IMG/VR virus record: IMGVR_UViG_3300005253_000946
Reading direction: 5' to 3' (one strand)
Source of the DNA: a virus
Length of the DNA stretch: 64,000 bases
How positions within the stretch are numbered: the first letter of the stretch is position 1; each line of letters opens with the position of its first letter. A program made the translations under genes and the position numbers. The notes below the pieces were generated by a model. That model had not been told where the DNA came from. It saw only the letters and a list, made by a program, of their open reading frames with translations, and searched no databases. Below are positions 36,126-45,675 of the stretch, piece after piece.

Positions 36126-36722
36126 TTAATCAACAAATTTTTTAAGTGTTTTAGCTCTAGTTGGGTGTCTGAGCTTACGTAAAGCTTTAGCTTCTATCTG
36201 ACGTACTCTTTCTGGACTAAGTAACACTTTCTTTCCTATTTCGCTGAGCGTAAGTTGTTTACAATCGATACCCATACGAGAGTTTATAACGAACTGTTCT
36301 AATTTAGTTAGGGTGTGTATCGTTACTCGTATTTTCTTAGGTAGTTTGTCCGATTTTATATTAGATTCTGGTGATTCGGTTAATCTTTTAAATTCATGCT
36401 CACTGATAGCCGCTATTTGTTGTAGTTGATCGCCCCTAATAGCTTTTTCTACTAAATTCTTTTGTATTTGCATAACTACATTAGGCCAAATCCAATCTGC
36501 AGATACTCCATGAAAATCAGCTATCTTTTTAGCAACAGGATTTATTATACCTTTAGCACTGTAAGAAGGTTTATCTCTAAGGCATTCGTAGCCATTTAGA
36601 GTAGCACCGTTTATACCTATCATTTCAGCCATCTCTACTTGATTTAAACCTAAATCCTCTCTGAGTTCAATAAGGCGGTTATTCCTTAAAGAGATTTTAA
36701 GTCTGAATTCTTCATCAGCCAT
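36126..36722 (-). CDS. XRE-type HTH fused to a sigma70 region-4 domain
   Basis: N-terminal LIELREDLGLNQVEMAEMIGINGATLNGYE; C-terminal TLSEIGKKVLLSPERVRQIEAKALRKLRHP; likely start ATG 36722 (track 36812). Confidence 0.75.
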   Translation of the reverse strand: MADEEFRLKISLRNNRLIELREDLGLNQVEMAEMIGINGATLNGYECLRDKPSYSAKGIINPVAKKIADFHGVSADWIWPNVVMQIQKNLVEKAIRGDQLQQIAAISEHEFKRLTESPESNIKSDKLPKKIRVTIHTLTKLEQFVINSRMGIDCKQLTLSEIGKKVLLSPERVRQIEAKALRKLRHPTRAKTLKKFVD

Positions 36723-36903
36723 TGTTACCTTCTTTGTTTTGTTCGTTCCATACTTTATCAAATGCTTCTTCTGTCTTAGGACATCCACAGCCACAGAAGC
36801 CATTTTTACCACTACCTATGATAACGTCCATGCTGTGACAGTAGCAGCCACAACCTTTATCACCATTTATAGTGACTTCTCTATCCCCGCATGTGATTTT
36901 CAT
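36715..36903 (-). CDS. small Cys-rich hypothetical protein
   Basis: GCGCYCH...FCGCGC; likely start 36903. Confidence 0.45.
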   Translation of the reverse strand: MKITCGDREVTINGDKGCGCYCHSMDVIIGSGKNGFCGCGCPKTEEAFDKVWNEQNKEGNNG

Positions 36904-37270
36904 CGTCATCTCCTTTAAAAGGCCACACACCTACGTATAGCTGAAATTGGTTCATCTCAGTAATTCCTACTTCGATAGGACCATGTTCTTCGATAATCGC
37001 CTGTAAACGATTAAACAACTGTTCTTGTGTAAGAGCAGGCTCACTTGGTTTACCGAACCCCGAATGATCTACAAAGAGGGTGTCGATCAGATCATCCTCA
37101 CGGTCTAGATACTCTTCAGGAGCATGGTCTATGTTCTTAGTACCCTTACGAAACGCCTCATAAGATGCTTCTTCGACAGTATCAAAGACAACACACCCTG
37201 TACCATTCTTAATAGCAGTAGCTCTTGCCTCTTCGTTTATACGTTTAATAGTAGCTAGGTCATACATCAA
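36881..37270 (-). CDS. hypothetical protein
   Basis: 129-aa ORF with GGAG RBS. Confidence 0.6.
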   Translation of the reverse strand: MMYDLATIKRINEEARATAIKNGTGCVVFDTVEEASYEAFRKGTKNIDHAPEEYLDREDDLIDTLFVDHSGFGKPSEPALTQEQLFNRLQAIIEEHGPIEVGITEMNQFQLYVGVWPFKGDDDENHMRG

Positions 37271-37556
37271 GTTCTCCTGTTATGTTTCCCAACATCATTG
37301 CTAGATGGATGTGCTCTATATAAGTTGTTAGAAGGATATCTTGTAACACTCCATCTGACGGGAATGGTGTAGGTTCTCTTTTCCTAAAGTGTTTGTATAT
37401 CTCGAATTGATCACAGAACACTTCTGGTGGATTTGTTCCTTCTCTTATTAGTACGCAACGTATCCCTTCATCACTTTCACCCCATATAATCATCTCTGAG
37501 ATTGCACTTAAGGCTGGGTTGTCTGTGATTTCTCGTATTCTCTCTTCTACTGACAT
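37260..37556 (-). CDS. hypothetical protein
   Basis: 98-aa ORF with GGAGG RBS. Confidence 0.6.
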   Translation of the reverse strand: MSVEERIREITDNPALSAISEMIIWGESDEGIRCVLIREGTNPPEVFCDQFEIYKHFRKREPTPFPSDGVLQDILLTTYIEHIHLAMMLGNITGELDV

Positions 37557-37709
37557 ACGTATTAGTCCTCCAAGGGTTAAAGGTTTGTGTGGACAGTGTT
37601 TATGGTTGAGCGTACCCAGGCTCGTAGATACGCAGTTGTTTATGATCTTACAGACCGTATCTCTTTGTACATACTCCTTATAACGTTATCTAGCTACCAT
37701 TTTCATTTA

Positions 37710-37844
37710 TTGGACAGAATTGGACAGTTTAGTGTACAAGTAGAAATGGTAGTACACAGCTTCTAGTGTGTCAATATAGGGTGCCGGTTGTCCAATCTGT
37801 CTAAATCTGTACAATGAGTTGTCCATAATCTGTACAATGTACAG
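37710..37844. repeat. array of degenerate 8-mers (consensus YTGTMCAA) in two inverted clusters
   Basis: TTGGACAG at 37710 and 37720; TTGTCCAA, CTGTCTAA, CTGTACAA, TTGTCCAT, CTGTACAA at 37788, 37797, 37807, 37819, 37830. Confidence 0.45.
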
Positions 37845-37867
37845 TATAATAGTCAGTGGGTAGCAGG

Positions 37868-38266
37868 TCACATATAAATAAGCGACTTCCCGAACCAAAG
37901 AGCAAACCAAATTAATGCAAACACAATGATCCAGGGTTGAGATACTACCGCCGGATGAACCAAAGAAGATATCCAAAGAGCATGGAAAGGAAAGCACATG
38001 CTTACTGTTAATCCTTTAGCTCTGAGTGATGGTTCGTGCCTCTCTCGGCCGCCTTTGACTAATAAATACTGCAAAGGTGGAAAGAATACGCTACGTAAAA
38101 CTAACAACACATAAAATTGTACCATATCGGCCTTCCTAAAAAAGGTGTCCGAAAAGTGATCGAGCGTTTGGTTTATTCTCCAAATAGGTGGTATTCTCAT
38201 CATTCGTCCTTTGTGGTCACATATGGCCATCGTGAGTGATCGACCTTTGGCAACTTTTCTAAACAC
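37868..38266 (-). CDS. putative membrane protein (true start probably internal, near 38151)
   Basis: Hydrophobic segments; overlap with the upstream gene suggests a later start. Confidence 0.4.
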   Translation of the reverse strand: MFRKVAKGRSLTMAICDHKGRMMRIPPIWRINQTLDHFSDTFFRKADMVQFYVLLVLRSVFFPPLQYLLVKGGRERHEPSLRAKGLTVSMCFPFHALWISSLVHPAVVSQPWIIVFALIWFALWFGKSLIYM

Positions 38267-38577
38267 TTACAATGATCGTAGATAAGCTTACCGATAGCAG
38301 TCACACTTATACCCCACTTTTCAGCCAACCAATTAAAGGTCAGACCGTTCGAGTGAATTTCCCAACAAAGGATTTCACCAAAACTACCTCCACACCCTGT
38401 AGGATGATCTTCATACTGCTCCACGATCATCCGTCGTAATCTAGCTATGTAATCTTCCTCATGTGAATTAGTCAAAAGCTGTATACGTCGTATGTTGTCC
38501 TTGATCTGCTCAATCTCGCTGAGCGATTCTTTCTCTTTTTTGTTGAAGAACTGTCTTATTTTATGTACGAAATTCAT
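38200..38577 (-). CDS. hypothetical protein
   Basis: 125-aa ORF. Confidence 0.55.
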   Translation of the reverse strand: MNFVHKIRQFFNKKEKESLSEIEQIKDNIRRIQLLTNSHEEDYIARLRRMIVEQYEDHPTGCGGSFGEILCWEIHSNGLTFNWLAEKWGISVTAIGKLIYDHCKCLEKLPKVDHSRWPYVTTKDE

Positions 38578-38587
38578 CTCTTAATCT

Positions 38588-38887
38588 TTACCTTTCTCTT
38601 GGGTCCTTAAATCGTGCCATGTCCGCTTTTACAAGCCTTTTACTTAGTAGGATGTTTAGAGTAGGGGCAATCGCTTTGTTGATCTCTATTATAAGGGTGT
38701 CCGCACAACTGGAGCAGAACTTCTCAGCCTCTTCAACTGATAAAGGATTCCAACTCCCAATACGTATACGTACTTTAACTGAATGATCTGTCTGTCCAGG
38801 GGTTAACTTATGTGTCTTTTCGGCCATGAAGTCTCTAATAGTTGATCCACATACTACACAGTCTTCAGTTAGTTTCTCATCACTCAT
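38588..38887 (-). CDS. hypothetical Zn-binding protein
   Basis: CVVC...CSSC. Confidence 0.55.
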   Translation of the reverse strand: MSDEKLTEDCVVCGSTIRDFMAEKTHKLTPGQTDHSVKVRIRIGSWNPLSVEEAEKFCSSCADTLIIEINKAIAPTLNILLSKRLVKADMARFKDPRER

Positions 38888-39248
38888 GTTTATCTCCTTT
38901 TTTATAGTTAGCCACTAGTTCGCGGTAGTATTTAAGTGCTTCCGATCTCCATTTGTTCTAATTTGCTCATCATTACTCCTTACCGGTTGTCTACAACAAA
39001 TGTGTTGCCAACGTTATTGTTGTTAATATACTCGTAATCAGCTCTGTCCGGTTATGTGCTCTATAACAGAGCTTCCTAAAGCAAATAACAAGAAACCTGG
39101 AAACATTAGTGCTATTACAAACACTTCGTTTGTAATTCCTGTTAATACCAAAACAGCGTAATACAACAGTGAAATAATAGGCACTAATGCTACGTGCAGT
39201 AATAAGTTTTTCATAATCTGTGTCTTTTTAATGTTGTCAGATGGGTGC

Positions 39249-39542
39249 TTATATTAGTTGTTTTTCTTTGTTAGCGAGTTTGCCTCTATCGGTGATCTCT
39301 ATATCTATCGGAAAGCCTTCTGGCATGATAGTGACGTTGATTCGAAAACAACATATATCGTTGTGGCAAAGATAGTTCACACACAATCCGCCTTTCGGCC
39401 CACTGTAGAGACCTTGGCCACAAAAAGGACATTTATCTTCTTTACGTATCTTCTCCGCCAGCTCCTCATCCGTCATTAGTTGAGGAGGCTTAGGTGGTTT
39501 AGGTGGTTTAGAATGACTAAATAGTTTAGCAAACCAGTTCAT
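39249..39542 (-). CDS. hypothetical Zn-ribbon protein
   Basis: CPFCGQGLYSGPKGGLCVNYLC. Confidence 0.6.
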   Translation of the reverse strand: MNWFAKLFSHSKPPKPPKPPQLMTDEELAEKIRKEDKCPFCGQGLYSGPKGGLCVNYLCHNDICCFRINVTIMPEGFPIDIEITDRGKLANKEKQLI

Positions 39543-39552
39543 TTCTTACTCC

Positions 39553-39780
39553 TTACGGGTACATGTTAATAAGATCGAGAATCTGTTTCTTAGTTATTGG
39601 ATCTTCCGGTATTTTAATAGAGTACTCATTACCGATACGATTTACCTCGCAACCTAACGCGGTAAGTTGCATTATAAGATTAATTGTACGCTCATCCATT
39701 GCGGCGGCGAATCGGTTGATGTCCTTTAAGGATGGCGGTGAGATATCTAAATCATCTGGAGTAGGTTTAAATCCATTCAT
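39553..39780 (-). CDS. hypothetical protein
   Basis: 75-aa ORF with GGAG RBS. Confidence 0.5.
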   Translation of the reverse strand: MNGFKPTPDDLDISPPSLKDINRFAAAMDERTINLIMQLTALGCEVNRIGNEYSIKIPEDPITKKQILDLINMYP

Positions 39781-39796
39781 ATTTATACTCCTAAAG

Positions 39797-40120
39797 TTAG
39801 ACCGTAATAAGCCGGTTGACTAATGTATTGTACCAGTTGGTGGTTTCCTTTACGGCCACCTCTATGTATTCATCCAATGGAGAGAGGGGTCTAATTGAGT
39901 TTTCTGGGTCTACTCCTAAGTCATCAGGAGGATTGTACCACTCTAAAGGACCTCCCTGCTTAAAGACTTTACGGAACCTACCATCAGTGTATTTATCTAC
40001 TTTCTCTGAATTCACCCATTGCCTTAATTTGTCTGGGTTATCAGAGATAGCGATGGGTGTAAAGGAATTCTCGTACTTCGCGGAACGCATATCTCCTAGA
40101 ACTAATATAAAAGTCATCAC
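39797..40120 (-). CDS. hypothetical protein
   Basis: 107-aa ORF downstream of TGGTATAAG at about 40151-40160. Confidence 0.55.
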   Translation of the reverse strand: MMTFILVLGDMRSAKYENSFTPIAISDNPDKLRQWVNSEKVDKYTDGRFRKVFKQGGPLEWYNPPDDLGVDPENSIRPLSPLDEYIEVAVKETTNWYNTLVNRLITV

Positions 40121-40207
40121 TGTTCTCCGGTGGTTAAGGGTTATCTACAGTCCTTATACCAATTAATACTATAATATTTCATTTAAGGTGAAAGAACCTC
40201 CTGGTTT

Positions 40208-40246
40208 GTGACATAAGAATAGTGAAGGCAAAGGTTAAACAACTCA
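40208..40246 (+). promoter_or_regulatory. conserved promoter/leader motif, copy 2 (GTGACATAAGAATAGTGAAGGCAAAGGTTAAACAACTCA)
   Basis: Heads the + strand island 40265-41204, back-to-back with a - strand TGGTATAAG. Confidence 0.6.
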
Positions 40247-40264
40247 CTTACTAAAGAGAGTACA

Positions 40265-40525
40265 ATGGCCCCATTATTATCATCTTCATGGATAGATAAG
40301 GTTTTAGTGTATATTAAGACCTCGTACAGAAACCTGATATGGAGTAAAGAAAAAATGAGTACAATGAACATACTACGTGCTAGTCTCTTAATCGGTTACA
40401 TCTGGTGTGCGGTAAATATGTACGAATCAGAGGTGGTTGTAGATATACTTCGGTATGGATTTAGTAAGCTAGCTCTGCTGATCATCTTAGCCGTAGTTAT
40501 AATCAAAGGAGATAAAAATGAGTAA
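40265..40525 (+). CDS. small membrane protein
   Basis: Two hydrophobic segments. Confidence 0.5.
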   Translation: MAPLLSSSWIDKVLVYIKTSYRNLIWSKEKMSTMNILRASLLIGYIWCAVNMYESEVVVDILRYGFSKLALLIILAVVIIKGDKNE

Positions 40526-40778
40526 ACTTCAATCTAACCGTTTTCCTAACTCTAGGCTAAAAGAGAAGATCGGAGCACTAGAAGGTGAATTCGTCGATCT
40601 TCTACTATACAGTTTTGGTAGCGGTTACCAAGAAGCTAAGGGAGCAGAGTTAAAGATAATAAACAATGCTTTACAAAGGCTACGTGTTATTACTGATTCA
40701 CTGTTCCCTATAGAAGAAGCTCTTACACCAGATGAAGTTGATCGGGTTATCGAAGAGTTTGCTAAAGAAAATATGTAG
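40518..40778 (+). CDS. hypothetical protein
   Basis: 86-aa ORF with AAAGGAG RBS. Confidence 0.6.
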   Translation: MSKLQSNRFPNSRLKEKIGALEGEFVDLLLYSFGSGYQEAKGAELKIINNALQRLRVITDSLFPIEEALTPDEVDRVIEEFAKENM

Positions 40779-40786
40779 GAGACATA

Positions 40787-40969
40787 ATGACAAACAAAAA
40801 ACCAAAGTGTGGATGGTGTAAGGGTATGTTTACACCGGAGCCTGGGACTCAACATCAACGCTGCTGTTCAATAGAGTGTGAGTATGCACTACAAGTTCTG
40901 GAGCATACACCAGATAAAGATAGTCTAAAAGGAGGAAACTTATATGAAACAGACAAAGTATCGAGTTAA
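40787..40969 (+). CDS. small Zn-ribbon protein
   Basis: CGWCKGMFTPEPGTQHQRCCSIEC; module shared with 43806..44159. Confidence 0.6.
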   Translation: MTNKKPKCGWCKGMFTPEPGTQHQRCCSIECEYALQVLEHTPDKDSLKGGNLYETDKVSS

Positions 40970-41204
40970 GAAGGTTATTTATACTGACGACCGAGGTTCA
41001 AGATACTATATTGAATTTCGTAGATGGTGGTCACCTTTCTGGAAACAATACAGAGTAGTAAGTTTAAGAGGGATTGCAGAACTTTTGTGGTGGGGAGCTT
41101 TAGATGGTGCTCTATATACAGCTAGGAACTTAAGACTATCGGAATTAAAAGTAAAATCAGAAGTAGACCCGAAAGTTGAGTACGTAGAGTATTTCCCACT
41201 ATGA
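40944..41204 (+). CDS. hypothetical protein
   Basis: 86-aa ORF with AGGAGG RBS. Confidence 0.55.
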   Translation: MKQTKYRVKKVIYTDDRGSRYYIEFRRWWSPFWKQYRVVSLRGIAELLWWGALDGALYTARNLRLSELKVKSEVDPKVEYVEYFPL

Positions 41205-41441
41205 AAGGAGGATAAGTTATATGACTAAAAGGGATTAATTTCCCTTTTAGCTATCACAACCAATAACCTCTTTCTTTGGATGAACCCAGCCAGTACCATC
41301 ACAAATCGAACAAAGGACCCATGACATGATTAGGACCAGGTATTAACTTCCTCTTTGGCGGCGTAAACGGGTAATGAGGTGTTTGACCTGTACCTTTACA
41401 CTCCTTACAAAAGGTTTGGTAGTAGCCTTCTGTTACCATAG

Positions 41442-41879
41442 TTACTCAAATCTTTCTTTAAGTTGTTTATAGGTAGCTCTTGCGGTCGTTTCTTCATCCT
41501 CTTTACGCTTCTTTTGTTTAGCCTGTACTGCTTCTTCGGTTGTCTTCTTTCGAGCTGCTTCAACGGCTGCAATCTTTTCCACTGCTTCTGTATGTATTTC
41601 AGAGAGAGCTTCATTTAACTGTGACGCATATAAAATCTGAGGCCATTCAAGTTCTACAAACGGCTCTTCGGGATCAACGTTACTAGGAAACAGTATAAAT
41701 ATCTCCCAATCATCTTCTCCCTGAGATAGCTCCTGTGTCTCTAATCGTACAATGTGATCAACTAGTCTATCCTTTGAAATATTTGTATATATTTCAAAAT
41801 CAGACGAAAAGCGGTCCATTGAGCAGCCGCGACAAACATCCTCTGAATCAGCTTTATAGGCTATTAATGTGTAGTACAT
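41442..41879 (-). CDS. hypothetical protein
   Basis: 145-aa ORF with AGGAG RBS. Confidence 0.6.
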   Translation of the reverse strand: MYYTLIAYKADSEDVCRGCSMDRFSSDFEIYTNISKDRLVDHIVRLETQELSQGEDDWEIFILFPSNVDPEEPFVELEWPQILYASQLNEALSEIHTEAVEKIAAVEAARKKTTEEAVQAKQKKRKEDEETTARATYKQLKERFE

Positions 41880-41895
41880 TAGTCGACTCCTGTTT

Positions 41896-42549
41896 TTATA
41901 TGTTTATTAGTTTACCACCACAGTCAGGGCATTCAGGTCCTACACCCCAACTGACTTCAAAGAATTTCTTACATCTATTACAGCTGTAGTCGAATGTCCA
42001 GCCTAACTCGTATTCTGACTGTTCCGTTCCATCCTGGAAATTTTTGTGAACTATATATCTACGTGCCTCTTTCCTGTCTATACGTGCTGAATTAAGACTA
42101 GGCTGTTGATCTTTAGTTTTAACTAAGCAGCTATTGTCATTTAAGTAGACTACCGAAAAATGTCCTACTGTCCCTTTAGGGGTAATGTTTGTGACACCAT
42201 TGACTATTTTCTCTTGTACAGGTACATGGTAAAAACGATTTAGTTTAGTGTTTTCTTCAAGCCTTTCGTCACACATTGGACAGGGATTTGGTTTAGTACA
42301 CGGATATCCTATAGACATTGTTTTTGTGTGTTTGCTTACAGGAGGAAGACTAAATTCAAGCTTAAATAATCCAGATACTCGAAGCGTTAATGTGTATCGA
42401 GGATGGCCTGGGGTAGTAGTATTATAGTGATAAGACTCAATACTAAAGGGGTGCCATGTTATCTCGGTATGAATATTTCCTGATCTATAATGAAGATTTT
42501 TAAAGTATTTCATATTAGCGTATCTTCTTATCCATAATAGTGTTCTCAA
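41896..42549 (-). CDS. hypothetical protein with C-terminal Zn-ribbon
   Basis: YSCNRCKK...CPDCGG. Confidence 0.55.
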   Translation of the reverse strand: MRTLLWIRRYANMKYFKNLHYRSGNIHTEITWHPFSIESYHYNTTTPGHPRYTLTLRVSGLFKLEFSLPPVSKHTKTMSIGYPCTKPNPCPMCDERLEENTKLNRFYHVPVQEKIVNGVTNITPKGTVGHFSVVYLNDNSCLVKTKDQQPSLNSARIDRKEARRYIVHKNFQDGTEQSEYELGWTFDYSCNRCKKFFEVSWGVGPECPDCGGKLINI

Positions 42550-42736
42550 GAGCCTTGTAATCTATGTTCAGTTTAGTGAGCTTCATGTTAAACCTCTTCC
42601 TATTTAGAGCTACCAGTATTGGATTAAAACCTAGATGTTGTATCTCAGGCACAAGGTTGTGACGTCCTGTAGGTGAGAAGCTTTCAATCTTACCAATCTT
42701 TAACTCAGGGTATTTCTTATCCATTATGACCAGCAA
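42515..42736 (-). CDS. hypothetical protein
   Basis: 73-aa ORF in operon. Confidence 0.45.
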   Translation of the reverse strand: MLVIMDKKYPELKIGKIESFSPTGRHNLVPEIQHLGFNPILVALNRKRFNMKLTKLNIDYKALENTIMDKKIR

Positions 42737-43125
42737 CCCATCTCTTTAGGTGGCTTCAACCCAGTACGTTTACAATATCCACCATTAGTGTCGTGTATAC
42801 CATAATCTTTACATTCGAAACATTTATGCATCTTAGCGGGTGCAACAGGCTTTACTTCTTTAACTTTAACAAGAGGTCTACCTAACCAACCCTCTACTTT
42901 TCGTTTAAACTCTTCATCCTTGATTCTTAACATAAAGCCTAAACAGACTACACTCCATCCTTCTTTAACAGCCTTTTCGTAAAACTCATCTTCCTCTATA
43001 TCTTGAATCTTTACAGAGAATCTACCTTCATGGACCATATCGGATGCGTCTTCGAAAGTAGCTTTAGGCCATAATTTAGTAATCTCTTGTCTAACACGTG
43101 GATTATATACCAGCTCTTCTATCAT
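42724..43125 (-). CDS. hypothetical protein
   Basis: 133-aa ORF with C-terminal Cys motif. Confidence 0.55.
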   Translation of the reverse strand: MIEELVYNPRVRQEITKLWPKATFEDASDMVHEGRFSVKIQDIEEDEFYEKAVKEGWSVVCLGFMLRIKDEEFKRKVEGWLGRPLVKVKEVKPVAPAKMHKCFECKDYGIHDTNGGYCKRTGLKPPKEMGCWS

Positions 43126-43126
43126 T

Positions 43127-43333
43127 CTATACCTCTCTTGGGTTAGATCTAGGTAAGTTTTGGATGGTTAATTTGTTTACGGAGTAGCCTTCATATTGAA
43201 GATTATACTCTAATGAGAATGAGGTGTGCCGCACGAAATATTCTAGGATATCCATACTAGTACCTCTCATTACATGATTACCGTCATGGGTCAGATCGAA
43301 GATACCACTAGGGAATGGGTGTTGGAGAGTCAT
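43127..43333 (-). CDS. hypothetical protein
   Basis: 68-aa coupled ORF. Confidence 0.5.
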   Translation of the reverse strand: MTLQHPFPSGIFDLTHDGNHVMRGTSMDILEYFVRHTSFSLEYNLQYEGYSVNKLTIQNLPRSNPREV

Positions 43334-43809
43334 GCTTTAAGTAACTCCTTTTGCCGATCACTATAATATTTTTGTATACTTACTTCAGTTACATCATCTC
43401 CAGACGGAGATAACTTGTAACCTCTTAGTACAATATCTCTTTCCATTACTTCAGAGTCAGGTAAGAGTAGTACTTCATTTTTAGCCTCCACATAATCTGT
43501 GTGTTTTTTAGCTTTAGATAGTAGACGTGTCCAACGAGTTCTGAATATACAATACTCTTCGTGTTTCTTATCGTAGATCGTCCAGATCATAATACTGGTT
43601 CTATCGTCATGTAAGGCCTGAACAGCTTCTTTAGCTAATTCAAGAGTAGAAAAAGGTCCACACCAGACATTATCACCTTTACTACGTGACACCTCTTGAA
43701 AATCTAAGTAGTACCAAAAACCTTTTGTTTGTCGGATATGGAAACCTTCATATCCTTCAGTACAATGAACTTTAGCACCTCTGATGTACGTCCACTTTAT
43801 GTGTTTCAT
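43330..43809 (-). CDS. hypothetical protein
   Basis: 159-aa coupled ORF. Confidence 0.55.
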   Translation of the reverse strand: MKHIKWTYIRGAKVHCTEGYEGFHIRQTKGFWYYLDFQEVSRSKGDNVWCGPFSTLELAKEAVQALHDDRTSIMIWTIYDKKHEEYCIFRTRWTRLLSKAKKHTDYVEAKNEVLLLPDSEVMERDIVLRGYKLSPSGDDVTEVSIQKYYSDRQKELLKA

Positions 43810-44159
43810 ACAAGCTCTTCTGCTTCTTGAAGTGCGTGTTCACAGGTTAATCCACAACAACGTTGATGTTCGGTTCCAGGCTCCGGTGTAAACATACCCT
43901 TACACCATCCACATACCTTTGCAGCAAGTCCTGCTTTATAGGCAGACTCCGTAAGCTCAAGTAATAACTTCCCTATCGTGCGGCCCCATGTAAGGTCTTC
44001 AGGTTGACTACTGTTGTACCAGTCAGCAAAGAAGGCTATTACCTCACCGTCGCCATTAACTATTTCGTATTCGTTTTCATCCTCGTACTGTGACGGAGTT
44101 ATTTTGAGTACGATGTCCCCAATGATTGGGGTAACTTTTATTTTACTGTCGTCAGCCAT
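43806..44159 (-). CDS. hypothetical protein with C-terminal Zn-ribbon module
   Basis: CGWCKGMFTPEPGTEHQRCCGLTC. Confidence 0.6.
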   Translation of the reverse strand: MADDSKIKVTPIIGDIVLKITPSQYEDENEYEIVNGDGEVIAFFADWYNSSQPEDLTWGRTIGKLLLELTESAYKAGLAAKVCGWCKGMFTPEPGTEHQRCCGLTCEHALQEAEELV

Positions 44160-44379
44160 TTTTTAAAACCTCTCTTTGATCTTTACTTTGTTGGTCGAAG
44201 CCCCACTTACGACAGTAATGCGTTGTAGCGTCTAACAACGTATCAGAGATCAGTAAGCAACAGGCTACGTTACGGTCACATAGACATGGCTTACGGGTTT
44301 CGTGTTCGTGTTCTTTTCTCATAATCTATTAAAACCTTTGTAAAAAGTAATATTGTTACACTATAGTCCTTATAACAAA

Positions 44380-44727
44380 TTATGACCCAGATTTGCTCTC
44401 CCAACTGTTAGGTGGTTTAAACCAGTAAGAGGATTTAATATCGTACTTACTGGCCCAATAAAGGACATCATCATAACCCAACTCACTCTGAATCATCTTC
44501 ATAGGTTCCCATACCCAGAAGGTCCAGACCATCCTTCTATAGCTCCAGATGAATGTCTCTTGGTGATTGAGGTTAATAGACTTCTTATTGGCTTCATAAA
44601 AGTCTCTCTCGTACTCGTATAGAGCTGTAACGACTTTATAAGACAAGTTGAGCCAAGAGATTCTAAGGACGAATATGTACAGATGCCTGAGAATTGTTAA
44701 ACATAAGAAGATCGTTATAAATGTCAT
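44380..44727 (-). CDS. putative membrane protein
   Basis: N-terminal hydrophobic helix. Confidence 0.55.
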   Translation of the reverse strand: MTFITIFLCLTILRHLYIFVLRISWLNLSYKVVTALYEYERDFYEANKKSINLNHQETFIWSYRRMVWTFWVWEPMKMIQSELGYDDVLYWASKYDIKSSYWFKPPNSWESKSGS

Positions 44728-45002
44728 CCTGTCTCCTCACCTAATTCTTTTAAAAACTTTTCATACTCTTTAAGGTTTTTTACTTGTGTAAAGCGTTTTA
44801 CACCTGGTTCTACTTCCCCGTAGAACATATCAGCTGGCCTAACCCATACACTACTCCAATTCTCTTTATCTTCATTAGATAATGTTACGTACACTACCAT
44901 TAACTCATTTGTCTCTGAGTGTGTAGCCTTATAAAGAACTCTGTAGATACCACCTTTAAAATGGCGATAAACACTACCTTCTTCAACTAAATGTAACATC
45001 AT
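44724..45002 (-). CDS. DUF1653-family protein
   Basis: YRHFKGGIYRVLYKATHSETNELMVVY...WVRPADMF signature. Confidence 0.85.
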   Translation of the reverse strand: MMLHLVEEGSVYRHFKGGIYRVLYKATHSETNELMVVYVTLSNEDKENWSSVWVRPADMFYGEVEPGVKRFTQVKNLKEYEKFLKELGEETG

Positions 45003-45297
45003 TATCTCCTTCTGGGTCCAACTCGCATTGTTGGTAGGTTGGTGTTCTTACTACTTCCCCCGTACCTTCAGGGTTCTTTATAGCTATCACTACACAATAA
45101 CTATAAGAAACTTGAATTATTCTCCCCTTTGTGGGGTGACCCTTTTCAAACCCAGGTCGATGCCATAGTATACGAGTTCCGACAGGGAATTTCTTATCTA
45201 TAGCCTTATTAAGATCGTCTTTTAGTCTAGACAGCTTAGTACGAGCTTTTTCGAGTTCTAGGTAGATAACATCTATTTCAGGGTATTTAGTGTCCAT
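44983..45297 (-). CDS. hypothetical protein
   Basis: 104-aa ORF in operon. Confidence 0.55.
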   Translation of the reverse strand: MDTKYPEIDVIYLELEKARTKLSRLKDDLNKAIDKKFPVGTRILWHRPGFEKGHPTKGRIIQVSYSYCVVIAIKNPEGTGEVVRTPTYQQCELDPEGDNDVTFS

Positions 45298-45300
45298 ATT

Positions 45301-45675
45301 TTACTCTCTAATCTTATAGGTCTTTTTAGAAGTACCGAACTCTAGTCTGTGAATAATAGTAACTCCTCTATGATTGGTTTCGAAGCCTTCTTCCTTAAAC
45401 AGTATCGAAGGATAGGTGGGGATCTTTAATTCATGCAGAGATTCTATGAACTTCAGCAGGATGTTGGTCAGTTCTATTAGGTTTGCGATCTGCCTTCGGT
45501 CGTCTCTAGTTAAGCTGTGCCAACTACAACAGTATTCGCAGCCCTTATCTTTTTTTAAGATCTGCAAGAGTTCTGCTCTGTGTCTATTAAAGGTGTGATA
45601 CATATTCCTTATTTTCTCTATACTCTTCTTGATGTCGTCTAGCTCTGTAAACTTACTTAGGTCGATATTTATCAT
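45301..45675 (-). CDS. hypothetical protein
   Basis: 124-aa coupled ORF. Confidence 0.55.
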   Translation of the reverse strand: MINIDLSKFTELDDIKKSIEKIRNMYHTFNRHRAELLQILKKDKGCEYCCSWHSLTRDDRRQIANLIELTNILLKFIESLHELKIPTYPSILFKEEGFETNHRGVTIIHRLEFGTSKKTYKIRE

